From positions 37,510,001-37,574,000 of the forward strand of contig OX597814.1 in the NCBI GenBank assembly GCA_951406725.2: a stretch of 64,000 bases of DNA, in the 5' to 3' direction. This document shows positions 1-12,349 of this stretch, in pieces (positions within the stretch are counted from its first letter, which is position 1; each line of letters starts with the position of its first letter). The stretch is from Octopus vulgaris. Its lineage: Eukaryota. The notes under the pieces were generated by a model that worked only from the letters and a program-made list of their open reading frames with translations, searched no databases and had not been told where the DNA came from. Made by a program: the position numbers and the translations under genes.

Positions 1-44
<44 letters not shown>

Positions 45-98
45 CATATATGTGCATGTATGTGTACATACATGTGTATATGTATGAGCATATATGCA

Positions 99-136
<38 letters not shown>

Positions 137-719
137 AATATGTATGTATATATATGTATACATACACTTACATAAACACAATCACGCACACAGAGACGCT
201 CATATATGTGGAGTAGCGGTTCGGCAAAATAGAACATCAAATGCAATGGATGCAACGAAAATTACATTGGAGAAACCCAACTCATCTTAATAAAACTAAA
301 AATCATCGATAAAATATACAAGAGCTGTAGAATAGACAAATTCCACTCATTGAACATTTGGACATGCTTACACTAGCAATATGACTCTTAGAGTTAAATT
401 GTTGGCGTGGCCATGTTGTTCCACTGACTTCATAAGCTAGATGTCTCTATGTGCATTAACGTATGCATATGCAGTTATATTCTATAACGTTAGCATGCAG
501 AATAATCAAAAAATTATGCATAATTAGATAAGAAAACCCTGAAATGGCGTAATCCTATAGGAGTTTCAATAAGAAATATAAACGTACATATCTCAATCTT
601 CATATATATATATATATATATATATTCTTGACATCCTTTTTGTCTCGGGAAACAATGGAGTTGCGCATAAAATAATCTAGTTCGGCCTTTACATTTCATG
701 TCCTAATACATCACCTGCT

Positions 720-1180
720 GTGGCTGCGTAATCCTATCCTGGACATACGCTCCCTCTGGCTGGTACTGCAAAAGCGAAGACATTTCCTGGCTGGTTGTAA
801 TGTCATATATTCTTGTTGACGTCTTTTCTTGTTTTTCCATTTCTCGTCTCTCCCTCTGTTACTTCTTTATGCTCCCTCTGTTACGGTACGTCGCCAATCT
901 CCACGGTTGCTGGCAACTGCTTTCCATTTGCTAATATTGATGTCATAGGCCTTCATGTCCCTTATGCAAACATCCTTGTATCATAAGAACGGTCTTTCCT
1001 AAGACCTAGTGCACCCAGCAAGTTCACCATGGGGATTGCGCCATCGTCCGTATGGCTATCATGTCCAAGCCATCTCATACGTCTTTGTGTGAGGAGTGCA
1101 AACATGCTTGGTATTCCTGCTTGCTTGAGGAAATATTTTTGCAACAAAAAAATTGGGATTTGATTCGAATCGGAGGCGGT
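720..1180 (-). mobile_element. RTE-clade LINE 3' fragment, degenerate
   Basis: QAGIPSMFALLTQRRMRWLGH..DDG.IP, followed by frameshifted YKDVC.RDMKA-like coding. Confidence 0.8.
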
Positions 1181-1329
1181 CATATCGAATAAATGCTGTA
1201 GTGTCATAATTGAGTTTTCTTTAACATTACATTATGATGATCGGATCCGAAATATAAATCAGCAGAATTAGAAAAACGTTATATATATATGTGTGTATGT
1301 GTATGACCATTGTCATTCATGTCGCCACC

Positions 1330-1760
1330 ATCATGAGGCACTGAGCATATCAGTAGAGAAATATTCCCCAAAAAAGAATCCATAATATTTGCAATGCTTC
1401 CATTGAGGCAAAATCTAAACAAAGGTCAATACCATTCTCTTGATCTTATTCTTATTTGATAATGTCCGTTCAATTTGTCAAATAGATCGACACTAACCAT
1501 TTGTATGATATATAGCTTCACATTATTGGGTAGAAGTACATAAACAGTATTTCACTCAGATTTTTCTATCGCTTACGGCTGCCAATATTTAAAACATTCT
1601 CGTCTTCCGAATTGGCTACAAGATTTACTTGGTTGATATCATGCCATCTTAGTAATTCCGTTCTCCTTATCCTCAACTTCACAGCAAGTGCGTCGCGCAT
1701 ATTTGCTTATATCTTGTAGCGGTGCTTTTTCTGATCAATCATTTCGAATAGTCCCAACAC
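1330..1760 (-). mobile_element. Highly decayed RLE-type (R4/Dong-like) non-LTR relic
   Basis: Disrupted minus-strand coding with Y.RWHD, WQP and R.DI-like remnants. Confidence 0.35.
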
Positions 1761-2133
1761 AAAAGAGACCATTTTTCATAAGGCATCTATCAAAGGTGGA
1801 GAAGAGAAACAGTTGTTTATATTAATGCATGATCCTATAAATAACGAAGGAACTAAGTGTTGTATCAGTAATTTTGTCGCCTGCCCCTGTGTAAAGGTAG
1901 AATTTCACTAAAGTCCATTTGGTCTGGCCATGCACCAAAGCTAAAAACTAAAATAAGGCACCATTGCTTCATCAAGAGGGAACTTGTTACAAACTGACAG
2001 AATTTACCACTTAGGTAGTTTAAAAGAGGCCTAGCCTTAAAGACTTTTGCATAAGAAGCGAGTATGCTGTTGTCGTCGAAATGAAGATATTCATGTATTT
2101 TCTCTCCCCGTACATTCTTTATATATATTTATT

Positions 2134-2202
<69 letters not shown>

Positions 2203-2742
2203 GGACGTCAAAATTTAAGCACATTTATTTTTTGTTAGTAATAGATATCAACGTACAATAAAACATTAAAATCACTTGCATTTTTTAGCAATAAAGACAT
2301 GATATATTGATTTATGTTTTGAGTGTATTATAACAAATTAAAGTTTGAACATATATTAAAGAATTCATATTTATAACAATGAGAGAGTGCAACAAAGAAT
2401 TATCAAAAATTATTTACAAATGAGAATCAAACACATAAGACAGTAAGACAGACACAATGAGAACGTAATTCTTTTAGATTCTTCACAAAGACGCGTATTT
2501 GAAGGATTCAAATGAAATCAAAATCTTCTAAAATAAAACGGTGAAACAATACTTCTATTGTTTCAACAAGTGAGCCTGAGGTAAAATGAGATGCTAAGTA
2601 AGAAAGAGAGCGATGTAGCGTGGAAATAAGCTACATAGATGCACACACATATTTAAACATATAAACGAACATGAATGTGTTAAATGAAAACACACGCACA
2701 GATAAACTGACGTATACATATATACATACACACACACCCACC

Positions 2743-2792
<50 letters not shown>

Positions 2793-3594
2793 TGTATATA
2801 TATAAATATATACATGTATATACACGCATACATTTATACATTCATGCATTTATATCTATTTTCCTATATATAAATACAGATTTATATATATATATATATT
2901 TATATATATATAGAGAGAGACACATATGTACATATATACATATATATATGTGTGTCTGTGTGTAAGTGTGTGTGTATACACATATGTATACACATTTTAT
3001 TAGCTCAGAGAGTAATGGGCGCGTTAAAGAATTGAATTTTTTATACTGCAATTTAAAAAAGAGGAACAAAATTCTTAGAAAACGAATATGGAAAGTCTGA
3101 ATTGTGAATATTATTACTAGTAATACCATACTTTGATCTTACTGGAAAACTGAGAAAGTATTTGTATTAGTGTGAATATTGCTCTAAATATTTGTTTCAT
3201 GAGCTATGTTACACAAGGTAGTAATGAAAAAGTAGTGGGATATGAAACGGTTATATATATATCTTATTCGTAACTTAATTTTTCTTTTAGTTTTCAACAA
3301 ACGGCTAGGTTATTTTACTGCCGTTTTGAAAATCAATGCTTTGAAAATATATCAATTTAGGGAAAAAAAAATTTACGCGAGATGGAACTCAAAATGAATG
3401 TGGAAATATCGAAGTTGCCTCCATTTTTGAGTGTAGACATTCGTAAATTATGATCTACTGGGAATGAAAGCAAGCAATGACAATTTTTAATATTAATATT
3501 TGCACACTCACAAGTGCATTTTGATCAGATTAATCTCTAAAAAGCAGAGCCAGCTGTTTCTAATATGAAATACAACACATGCGGACACGTACAA

Positions 3595-3651
<57 letters not shown>

Positions 3652-3810
3652 CAGAGCGATTGGACGAAACATCTTGTACTTAATAAAAGTCTAATACACA
3701 TTCCATATCCAACATTATTAATAATATTACATTGTATATACATACATATAAACATACATATACATGTATATAAACATACATGTACATACATATATAAGTT
3801 CATATATATA

Positions 3811-3931
<121 letters not shown>

Positions 3932-4674
3932 TTATATATATATATATACATATGTTTATATATACATACATACGTACGTACATACATGCATACATACATA
4001 CATACATATAGCTGCGTTTTTGTGGAGCAGAAGTTTTTAGGCCATGCGTTTGGCATTGTGGGAATACAGCATCTGGACTTTATTATTCTTAAATTCCCGA
4101 CAGATCTCCGTGACGAAGTCCGGTAGACTATAGGTGAATTCCTTGCTAGAGTAATCTACTATACATTTAAAACTCTGGTTGGCTGGAATTAGCTATTTGC
4201 TGGATGTTCTCCATAATGCTAGCTTCTAGTTCTTAGACACTACCTCGTGGGATTGCTTCAATCATTATGCTTATGTTATCCACAGAGCAGGTGTACATGT
4301 TTAGGGTTATGGAGGTCACTGCTAATCTTTCTCTGAGTTACCTCTCTCACCCTACTATAAATATGTTCCACATAAACCTAATGAGATACCTGCCCACACG
4401 AATATACTGGGTGGAGAGGTGTTTGTGTGTGGGTATGTGCATTATTCCAATGTTTACAAGTGAATAATGAAGTTTGGGCCCTTATTTCCAACGCAAGTAG
4501 GAACTGATATCTCGAAAGACAAAAGATATACTTAGCGGTGCTGGGAATAAAGATGAAGATTGGGACATTGAGATGTGCTAATGCTGAGTGCCTGCCTGGA
4601 CAAAGCAAAATGTCTACCGCTTTGGAGAAACATAAGAGATTATAATTTGCTATATTGTGGAGTAGGCTTATATG

Positions 4675-4723
<49 letters not shown>

Positions 4724-4838
4724 TTAAATAATGAGGGAGATAAATTGAATATTAATTTAATTAATATCAATTTAAAACCAGTAGACTAGCATAAAAATAT
4801 CTGAAAAATCAGAGAAAATTCTAATACATGTGTATATT

Positions 4839-5201
4839 TTAAGGGCTAAAAACCACTATGTGGACAGCCATATGCTAGAAATAGATCACCTACGATCAAA
4901 CTACAAAGAAAGAATGTTCTCTAGGGAAAATTCAGCGGACACCTGTCTTGGCCGACTATTGCTCTGGTGTCCGCTGAATTTACTGAATGACCGGCTATGG
5001 GTTAATAATATCCGTTTTTACTATCGGTATCATCTACCTATGCTATCCTTGGGCATAGGTAAGCAAGCACACTATGCCCATAGGGTACATATAGCAACAG
5101 AAAAAACAAATTTTCTCTAGAGAACATTCTTTCTTTGTAGTTTGATCGTAGGTGATCTATTTCTAGCATATGGCTGTCCACATAGTGGTTTTAACCCTTA
5201 A
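4839..5201. mobile_element. Non-coding fold-back element with ~93 bp inverted arms
   Basis: 4839-4932 is the reverse complement of 5109-5201 with few differences; inner 16-bp hairpin 4928-4981; abuts (TA)n. Confidence 0.85.
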
Positions 5202-5262
5202 TATATATATATATATATATATATGAAAAAAGGTTTGAAAATGCAATTTAAACGATGTTTAT

Positions 5263-5308
5263 TTACTTAACCGGTTTCACTCTTTGTTAAAAAGATTGTC
5301 AAAAGTAA
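5263..5308 (-). ncRNA. Minimal type I hammerhead ribozyme motif (U3-A8 variant), PLE left arm
   Basis: Minus strand TTACTT-TTGACAA-TCTTT(TTAAC)AAAGA-GT-GAAACCGGTT-AAGTAA; stem I TTACTT/AAGTAA, stem II TCTTT/AAAGA, palindromic stem III ACCGGT. Confidence 0.65.
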
Positions 5309-5859
5309 CAATTATGGGTTCAAAAAGTTTTTTACATAATTGTCACATTGAATATTATGAATTCAAAAATGTTTTTTTATACATAATTGTCACATTACAT
5401 GTATAAATATAGTATAAAAAAGTTCAATAGTGTGATGAGAATATTTGGAAAAATTGGCAGAAAAGAATAAAACAAATATATTATTGGAAATTTGGTTGCG
5501 TTAATTATTGGTTGTCGCAAATTGTCACATTACATGTATATATATACAGTCTTTGGTAGAAATGACATGTTAAAGACATAAGGAAGTGTAATAGTTTGGT
5601 GAGAAAGCTTGTAATATTGACAGAGAAAATTAAAATGGATATTTTAGACATCTCAGAATATTTTGAATCGAAGGCGAGAATTTGTTTTTTACTGACCTGT
5701 TTGTTTTAGCAGAAAAGTTGAATTGAGAGAAAAAAAGATATGTACCCAATTTGGTTTATACTTCCCCTTCAAGCATCAGTGACTTTGGGGTTATTGGGAG
5801 GTGAGTATGCGGGTGTGAATAGATGTGTCCGTGTGCCTGCTGGTCAGACAGCGTCTGTT

Positions 5860-6064
5860 TGTCACACACATATATACACACACACACACAACAACAATAC
5901 ACACACACACATAGTATACACACACACACCACATACACACAACACACACACACACAGAACACACACACACACAACGCACCCACATATATAATATATACAC
6001 ACAGCACACAAATATAACATGTATTTATATATAATATACACACATATATAAAACATACACACAC

Positions 6065-6099
<35 letters not shown>

Positions 6100-6884
6100 C
6101 ACACGCACACATATATACATAATATAAATATCACACAAATACACCTAGCATATATATACACATACAATACACATACACAGCATGTATATAATACACATAC
6201 ACAATATATGCATGCAATATACATACGCAATACATACATATAATATATATATATATAGACAATGCATATACATATATACATATATACATATAAATAGTGT
6301 TTACATACACATACATAGATATACCACATATACACACAATATACATACATACAATGCATACACATACACGTACGCATACATATAAAATATATAGACACAC
6401 ACACACATAACATACATACACAATGCATACATATATATACACGCAACGTATATACATGTATTCATGTATATATAGCACACTTACAATATACATATATACA
6501 ATGCACACATACACACATATATACACTTAATTGTACACATACATATACAATACACATACATACAATATACATATACACAATGCGCATGCAAATAATGCAC
6601 ATGTTTATACACCCATATACATGAAAATATATATACACACACACACATACACACACACATATATATATATACACATATATATATATATATACACATATAC
6701 ATACATACATACATGCACATACATATATTTTTTCACACACATACACACACATATATATATAAAATTCACACACACACCCACACACACAAAATACAAACCT
6801 ATAGTGTACACACTCAAATATATCTCTACATACCGCACACACACACAAACAATGTACTCACATATACACACATACCATGCATAT

Positions 6885-6925
<41 letters not shown>

Positions 6926-7210
6926 AACAAATACACATGTAAATACATACACTCGTACACAATGCTCACACACACACACATACACACACACACGCACACA
7001 GTGCACACACACACACATATATACACACGTGCACACACACACACAACGCGCGCACACACACACACATACACACACGCACACAGTGCACACACACACACAC
7101 ACATAAACACACGCGCACACACACACACACAACGTGCACACTCACACACACACACACAACACTCACACACATACATAACCTACATATATATAATGCATGC
7201 GTGTGCGTGC
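5860..7210. repeat. Compound degenerate (CA)/(TA) microsatellite in the PLE 3' region, left arm
   Basis: Mirror image of 12350-13700, including interruptions. Confidence 0.9.
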
Positions 7211-7345
7211 CACGTATGTGTGCGGTCAATGCCCGCTAGTGTGTCCTATGCGTGCCGATGCGCGCATGTGCCCACCACGCACGATATGCTGTGAGTGTGC
7301 GCGTGCCCCTGTGTGCCTGCTCTGGATGTGTGCCCAGGGGGTATG

Positions 7346-9622
7346 TTAGAGTATGTTTAGTTGTGGTCTGTATTTTTGAATAAGATTACTTTCCTTATTT
7401 ATTCGTGTTTGGTCTGTGGTGTTGTCCGAGCATTGGTATAGTGGGAAGACTAAGAATTTGGGGGACTTATTGTGTGCACAAAGGTCTAAGTGTCCACTTA
7501 GTGGTATCTGTCTTGTGGAGGGGTCCCTCAGTTGTTGTCGGTGAACTGTCATTCTTTCTCTGAGGGTAAGGCTCGTTTGCCCTATGTAGTCTTCGTGGCA
7601 TCCTTCACACCTTATGACGTAGAGTAAATTTTTTGATGCGCACGTGAAATTATTTTTTATGATGAATGTGTGTCCCGAGTGGAACTTGTACGACGATCCC
7701 TCAATGAGGTGGATGCAGGTCTTGCAATTGGGGCGACCACATTTTTTGATGGTGGGCGGTGGGTTTGTGTTGTGTAATTTTGCGTTGGTGAGGAGGTTTT
7801 TTAGGGATTTAGGTTGTCTCTTACTTTTTATTATTTTATGAGCTGCCAGTATTTTTTTCAGGCGTGGGTCTTGATTTAGTTGTGGAATGTTGTTGTATAT
7901 AATAGTGTAAGCTTCTGCATTCCTTGGGTTGTGTGTTGAGAGATAGGGGAGGCTATTTACTGAACTGTGGATGTGTTTGGGTTTTCGTAGGTCTTGAATG
8001 TTGATTGATTTGGCCCGTTCTATTCCGTTGTCTACTAGTGATGCCGGGTAATGTCTTTCGAGAAGAATTGCCCTTAGTTCCCGGAGTCTTCTATTTCGTG
8101 TTGTGTCATTTGAGACAATAGTGCAGATTCTTCTCGCTAGGTTGAAGGGGATATTTGTCTTTGTGTGTTTTGGGTGATTGGAGGTGAATAGAAGGTATTG
8201 TTTAGAGTCAGTGGGTTTGTAATGGATGTCAGTTTCAATGTTGACGCCTTTTTTAATGATTAGGATGTCAAGAAAAGGGAGTTGGTCCTGACTATATTCC
8301 ATTGTGAATTGAATGTTGTTATTAACACTGTTGATAAGGTTTTTGAAGTCTTTAAGTTGGTCGAGTGTGTGGGACCATAGGATGAGGCAATCATCTAAGT
8401 AGCGTTTCCAGTTCTCCAACAGGTATTTGTGGAAAGACTGGCCGTACTTATATTTGGATTTTTCATAGATATGTGATTCCAGGTAGGCCATCACCAGGTT
8501 TGCATAGGTAGGTGCAACTTTCGTACCCATTGCAGTTCCTGAGACCTGTCTGTAAGTGTTGTTGTGGAAATACATGAAGTTGTTTTGCAGAATAAATTTG
8601 AGGCCCTCAATTATGAATTCTTTTTTAATTCTTTCCGGGATCTCATTGGGATATTTATCCAGCCAGAATTTAATGGCTTCCAGTCCATATTCATGTGGGA
8701 TTGTGGTGTAAAGATTAATAACATCAAAAGAAACGATTAAGGTGTCTTTATCGGCATGTTTGGGGAGATGATTTAATAGGTCCAGGTCATCTCTTACAAT
8801 ACTTGGAATGTGTTTCAGTATTGGCTTTAAGATGATATCTATAAAGTTGCTAAGTCTGTGTGTTTCACAACTTGGGCCTGCCACTATTGGTCTCAGTTTG
8901 AGATCAGTGGGATGTGGTATAGTGATGCAGGTTGAAGTGGACTTTTTGCAAGCTTCTGTGATAATTTGACTCTTGTGTATTTTTGGAAGCCCATAGAGTG
9001 TGCTGGTTTTGCAATTAAATTTAGTAATGTAGTCGCATTCCTTTGCTGTCAAGTCATTCCGGTGTTGGTAAATGAGTGCCTTCAGTTTGGTCATTGTTTT
9101 GGATTGCTGGTAGTCGACTACTCTCTCATAGTATGTGGTATCCTCTAAAAGGAGAGATACAGAGTTTTTATATTGCTCAGTATTCATAACAACGACCGTA
9201 CTACCCTTATCAGCTTCCTTTATTGTGACGTTATGATTGTCTCGTAGCGTATGTATGATTTCCCATTCTCTTTTACTGGTGTTGGGTTTGAGTTTAGGTT
9301 GTGGGAGTTCACCATAAGGGAAGTTTGAGATGTAATCGCAAAATTTGTCTAAGGTTTTGTTTTTGCCTTTTATGGGATTATAGTTGCTTTTGTTACGGAC
9401 CATTGATTCGTCGTTATTATTAGTTTTCCTGTCAAAGAATTCCTCTGTGAGGCGTAATTTTCTGCAAAAGTGTGAGATGTCATCCTGTATTTCCCTCAGG
9501 TTAGGGTATTGCGGAGTTGGGGTGAATTTTAGTCCTCTTGAAAGGATTTTTATTTGTGGTGTCGACAGGTTTAGGTTAGAGAGATTCACTATTTTTGGTT
9601 TTTCGGGGTTGGTATCTACCAT
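7346..9622 (-). CDS. Penelope-like retroelement polyprotein: reverse transcriptase + C-terminal GIY-YIG endonuclease (Neptune-like), intact 758 aa
   Basis: PLE N-terminal motifs LSRGLKFTPTP, IKEADKGSTVVVM, YGLPKIHK, LRPIV; RT motifs SFDVINLYTTIP, GTAMGTKVAPTYANL, RYLDD, LPFLDI; Cys linker KCGRPNCKTC; GIY-YIG NLLYVIRCEGCHEDYIGQT...RERMTVH...GHL...KE...QLN. Confidence 0.96.
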   Translation of the reverse strand: MVDTNPEKPKIVNLSNLNLSTPQIKILSRGLKFTPTPQYPNLREIQDDISHFCRKLRLTEEFFDRKTNNNDESMVRNKSNYNPIKGKNKTLDKFCDYISNFPYGELPQPKLKPNTSKREWEIIHTLRDNHNVTIKEADKGSTVVVMNTEQYKNSVSLLLEDTTYYERVVDYQQSKTMTKLKALIYQHRNDLTAKECDYITKFNCKTSTLYGLPKIHKSQIITEACKKSTSTCITIPHPTDLKLRPIVAGPSCETHRLSNFIDIILKPILKHIPSIVRDDLDLLNHLPKHADKDTLIVSFDVINLYTTIPHEYGLEAIKFWLDKYPNEIPERIKKEFIIEGLKFILQNNFMYFHNNTYRQVSGTAMGTKVAPTYANLVMAYLESHIYEKSKYKYGQSFHKYLLENWKRYLDDCLILWSHTLDQLKDFKNLINSVNNNIQFTMEYSQDQLPFLDILIIKKGVNIETDIHYKPTDSKQYLLFTSNHPKHTKTNIPFNLARRICTIVSNDTTRNRRLRELRAILLERHYPASLVDNGIERAKSINIQDLRKPKHIHSSVNSLPYLSTHNPRNAEAYTIIYNNIPQLNQDPRLKKILAAHKIIKSKRQPKSLKNLLTNAKLHNTNPPPTIKKCGRPNCKTCIHLIEGSSYKFHSGHTFIIKNNFTCASKNLLYVIRCEGCHEDYIGQTSLTLRERMTVHRQQLRDPSTRQIPLSGHLDLCAHNKSPKFLVFPLYQCSDNTTDQTRINKESNLIQKYRPQLNIL

Positions 9623-9650
9623 CTGGTGTCGTGGAAACTGATGCCCTTGC

Positions 9651-10571
9651 CTAAAAAGGAATCCTGGGGGTTCTTCTATCTGCGGTATTTTGCTGTATGT
9701 GATTCTGTCCCCCGTTGATATGTTGTCTGTTGAAGAGGTTTTGGTTGTTGTGATTCTGTCCCCCGTTGATATGTTGTCTGTTGAAGAGGTTTTGGTTGTT
9801 CCAGGGTCTGGGTTGTTGGTGTGGCCTCCTGGAAGAGTTTTGGTTATTCCAGGGTCTGGGTTGTTTGTCCTGGGTGTAATGTTGGTTCCTTAGAGTGGGT
9901 TGGAAATTACATTCATGGTTTAGAAGTGAATTCCTATATGTTGGGGGAGAACTCTGAGTTAGGAGCGGTTTGGGTTGGAATCTACAATCATAGTTCAGAG
10001 ATGGGTTTCTAAGTGATGGGTAGGATCTCCGAATCTGGAACGGTTCTTGTGTGGGTTGGGGTCTACGTTGTCTGGTAAAGTTTTGTCTTGTGATGATGGG
10101 TGTCTCGGTTCTTTTGATGGGATTGTAGTGCTGTCTGTAAGTTCTGTTGTTGTTGTTGTCGATGTTAGGGGTGGTGTGTGTTCGGTGTTTTGTGGTTGGT
10201 TTTCTTTGTTTTTGGCGAGGGGTGTGAGTTGAGGTAGATATTTTAAAATATGGGTTGCTTGAAAGGTGTTCCTTTGTGAACTCTGTTTCATAATTGGCGA
10301 ACCAGCTGTTTTTTTCCATTCGCTGGAGGGATGTTAGTTCTTCATCCTCGCAGTTTTTTCTCCAGAGTTTGGTGGTTTCATCAAGGAGTGCTCCTTCACA
10401 GTGTTTTGAGATTTCAATCTGCATTTCATTGTCAAGGGTCTTGAATTTTTCTTCACTGGCGTTGGCTCTGAGCCGCAAGAGTTCTACTTCCGTTTTGAAT
10501 TTTTCAAAAGCTAGTTTCTCCCTGAGGTTTTTTTGGTTTTCTGGTTCATTTTGGATGGGTTTTATTTGGAT
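9651..10571 (-). CDS. Upstream ORF of the PLE (5'-truncated at the inversion junction): helical/charged N-part, Q/N/P/R/T-rich low-complexity C-part
   Basis: >300 open codons on the same strand and with the same A/C-rich composition as the RT ORF; internal 51- and 48-bp repeats preserve frame; no ATG at the truncated start. Confidence 0.7.
   Translation of the reverse strand: MQIKPIQNEPENQKNLREKLAFEKFKTEVELLRLRANASEEKFKTLDNEMQIEISKHCEGALLDETTKLWRKNCEDEELTSLQRMEKNSWFANYETEFTKEHLSSNPYFKISTSTHTPRQKQRKPTTKHRTHTTPNIDNNNNRTYRQHYNPIKRTETPIITRQNFTRQRRPQPTQEPFQIRRSYPSLRNPSLNYDCRFQPKPLLTQSSPPTYRNSLLNHECNFQPTLRNQHYTQDKQPRPWNNQNSSRRPHQQPRPWNNQNLFNRQHINGGQNHNNQNLFNRQHINGGQNHIQQNTADRRTPRIPF
9698..9865 (-). 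repeat. In-frame tandem repeats in the PLE upstream ORF (2 x 51 bp; partial 2 x 48 bp)
   Basis: TGTGATTCTGTCCCCCG... at 9698 and 9749 (NNQNLFNRQHINGGQNH x2); CCAGGGTCTGGGTTGTT at 9801 and 9849 (QPRPWNNQN x2). Confidence 0.92.
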
Positions 10572-10573
10572 GG

Positions 10574-12217
10574 CTTCCAAAAATACACAAGAGTCAAATT
10601 ATCACAGAAGCTTGCAAAAAGTCCACTTCAACCTGCATCACTATACCACATCCCACTGATCTCAAACTGAGACCAATAGTGGCAGGCCCAAGTTGTGAAA
10701 CACACAGACTTAGCAACTTTATAGATATCATCTTAAAGCCAATACTGAAACACATTCCAAGTATTGTAAGAGATGACCTGGACCTATTAAATCATCTCCC
10801 CAAACATGCCGATAAAGACACCTTAATCGTTTCTTTTGATGTTATTAATCTTTACACCACAATCCCACATGAATATGGACTGGAAGCCATTAAATTCTGG
10901 CTGGATAAATATCCCAATGAGATCCCGGAAAGAATTAAAAAAGAATTCATAATTGAGGGCCTCAAATTTATTCTGCAAAACAACTTCATGTATTTCCACA
11001 ACAACACTTACAGACAGGTCTCAGGAACTGCAATGGGTACGAAAGTTGCACCTACCTATGCAAACCTGGTGATGGCCTACCTGGAATCACATATCTATGA
11101 AAAATCCAAATATAAGTACGGCCAGTCTTTCCACAAATACCTGTTGGAGAACTGGAAACGCTACTTAGATGATTGCCTCATCCTATGGTCCCACACACTC
11201 GACCAACTTAAAGACTTCAAAAACCTTATCAACAGTGTTAATAACAACATTCAATTCACAATGGAATATAGTCAGGACCAACTCCCTTTTCTTGACATCC
11301 TAATCATTAAAAAAGGCGTCAACATTGAAACTGACATCCATTACAAACCCACTGACTCTAAACAATACCTTCTATTCACCTCCAATCACCCAAAACACAC
11401 AAAGACAAATATCCCCTTCAACCTAGCGAGAAGAATCTGCACTATTGTCTCAAATGACACAACACGAAATAGAAGACTCCGGGAACTAAGGGCAATTCTT
11501 CTCGAAAGACATTACCCGGCATCACTAGTAGACAACGGAATAGAACGGGCCAAATCAATCAACATTCAAGACCTACGAAAACCCAAACACATCCACAGTT
11601 CAGTAAATAGCCTCCCCTATCTCTCAACACACAACCCAAGGAATGCAGAAGCTTACACTATTATATACAACAACATTCCACAACTAAATCAAGACCCACG
11701 CCTGAAAAAAATACTGGCAGCTCATAAAATAATAAAAAGTAAGAGACAACCTAAATCCCTAAAAAACCTCCTCACCAACGCAAAATTACACAACACAAAC
11801 CCACCGCCCACCATCAAAAAATGTGGTCGCCCCAATTGCAAGACCTGCATCCACCTCATTGAGGGATCGTCGTACAAGTTCCACTCGGGACACACATTCA
11901 TCATAAAAAATAATTTCACGTGCGCATCAAAAAATTTACTCTACGTCATAAGGTGTGAAGGATGCCACGAAGACTACATAGGGCAAACGAGCCTTACCCT
12001 CAGAGAAAGAATGACAGTTCACCGACAACAACTGAGGGACCCCTCCACAAGACAGATACCACTAAGTGGACACTTAGACCTTTGTGCACACAATAAGTCC
12101 CCCAAATTCTTAGTCTTCCCACTATACCAATGCTCGGACAACACCACAGACCAAACACGAATAAATAAGGAAAGTAATCTTATTCAAAAATACAGACCAC
12201 AACTAAACATACTCTAA
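10574..12217 (+). pseudogene. 5'-truncated inverted copy of the PLE RT/GIY-YIG ORF, starting at LPKIHK
   Basis: Translation of ORF 10679..12217 matches the C-terminal 511 aa of 7346..9622; reverse-complement match starts at ~10572. Confidence 0.95.
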
Positions 12218-12349
12218 CATACCCCCTGGGCACACATCCAGAGCAGGCACACAGGGGCACGCGCACACTCACAGCATATCGTGCGGGTGGGCACATGCGC
12301 GCATCGGCACGCATAGGACACACTAGCGGGCATTGACCGCACACATACG

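Noticed and set aside
9698-9865. Spaced repeats as a CRISPR-like array
   Set aside because: Two-copy in-frame coding duplications in a eukaryotic retroelement; no spacers or cas genes.
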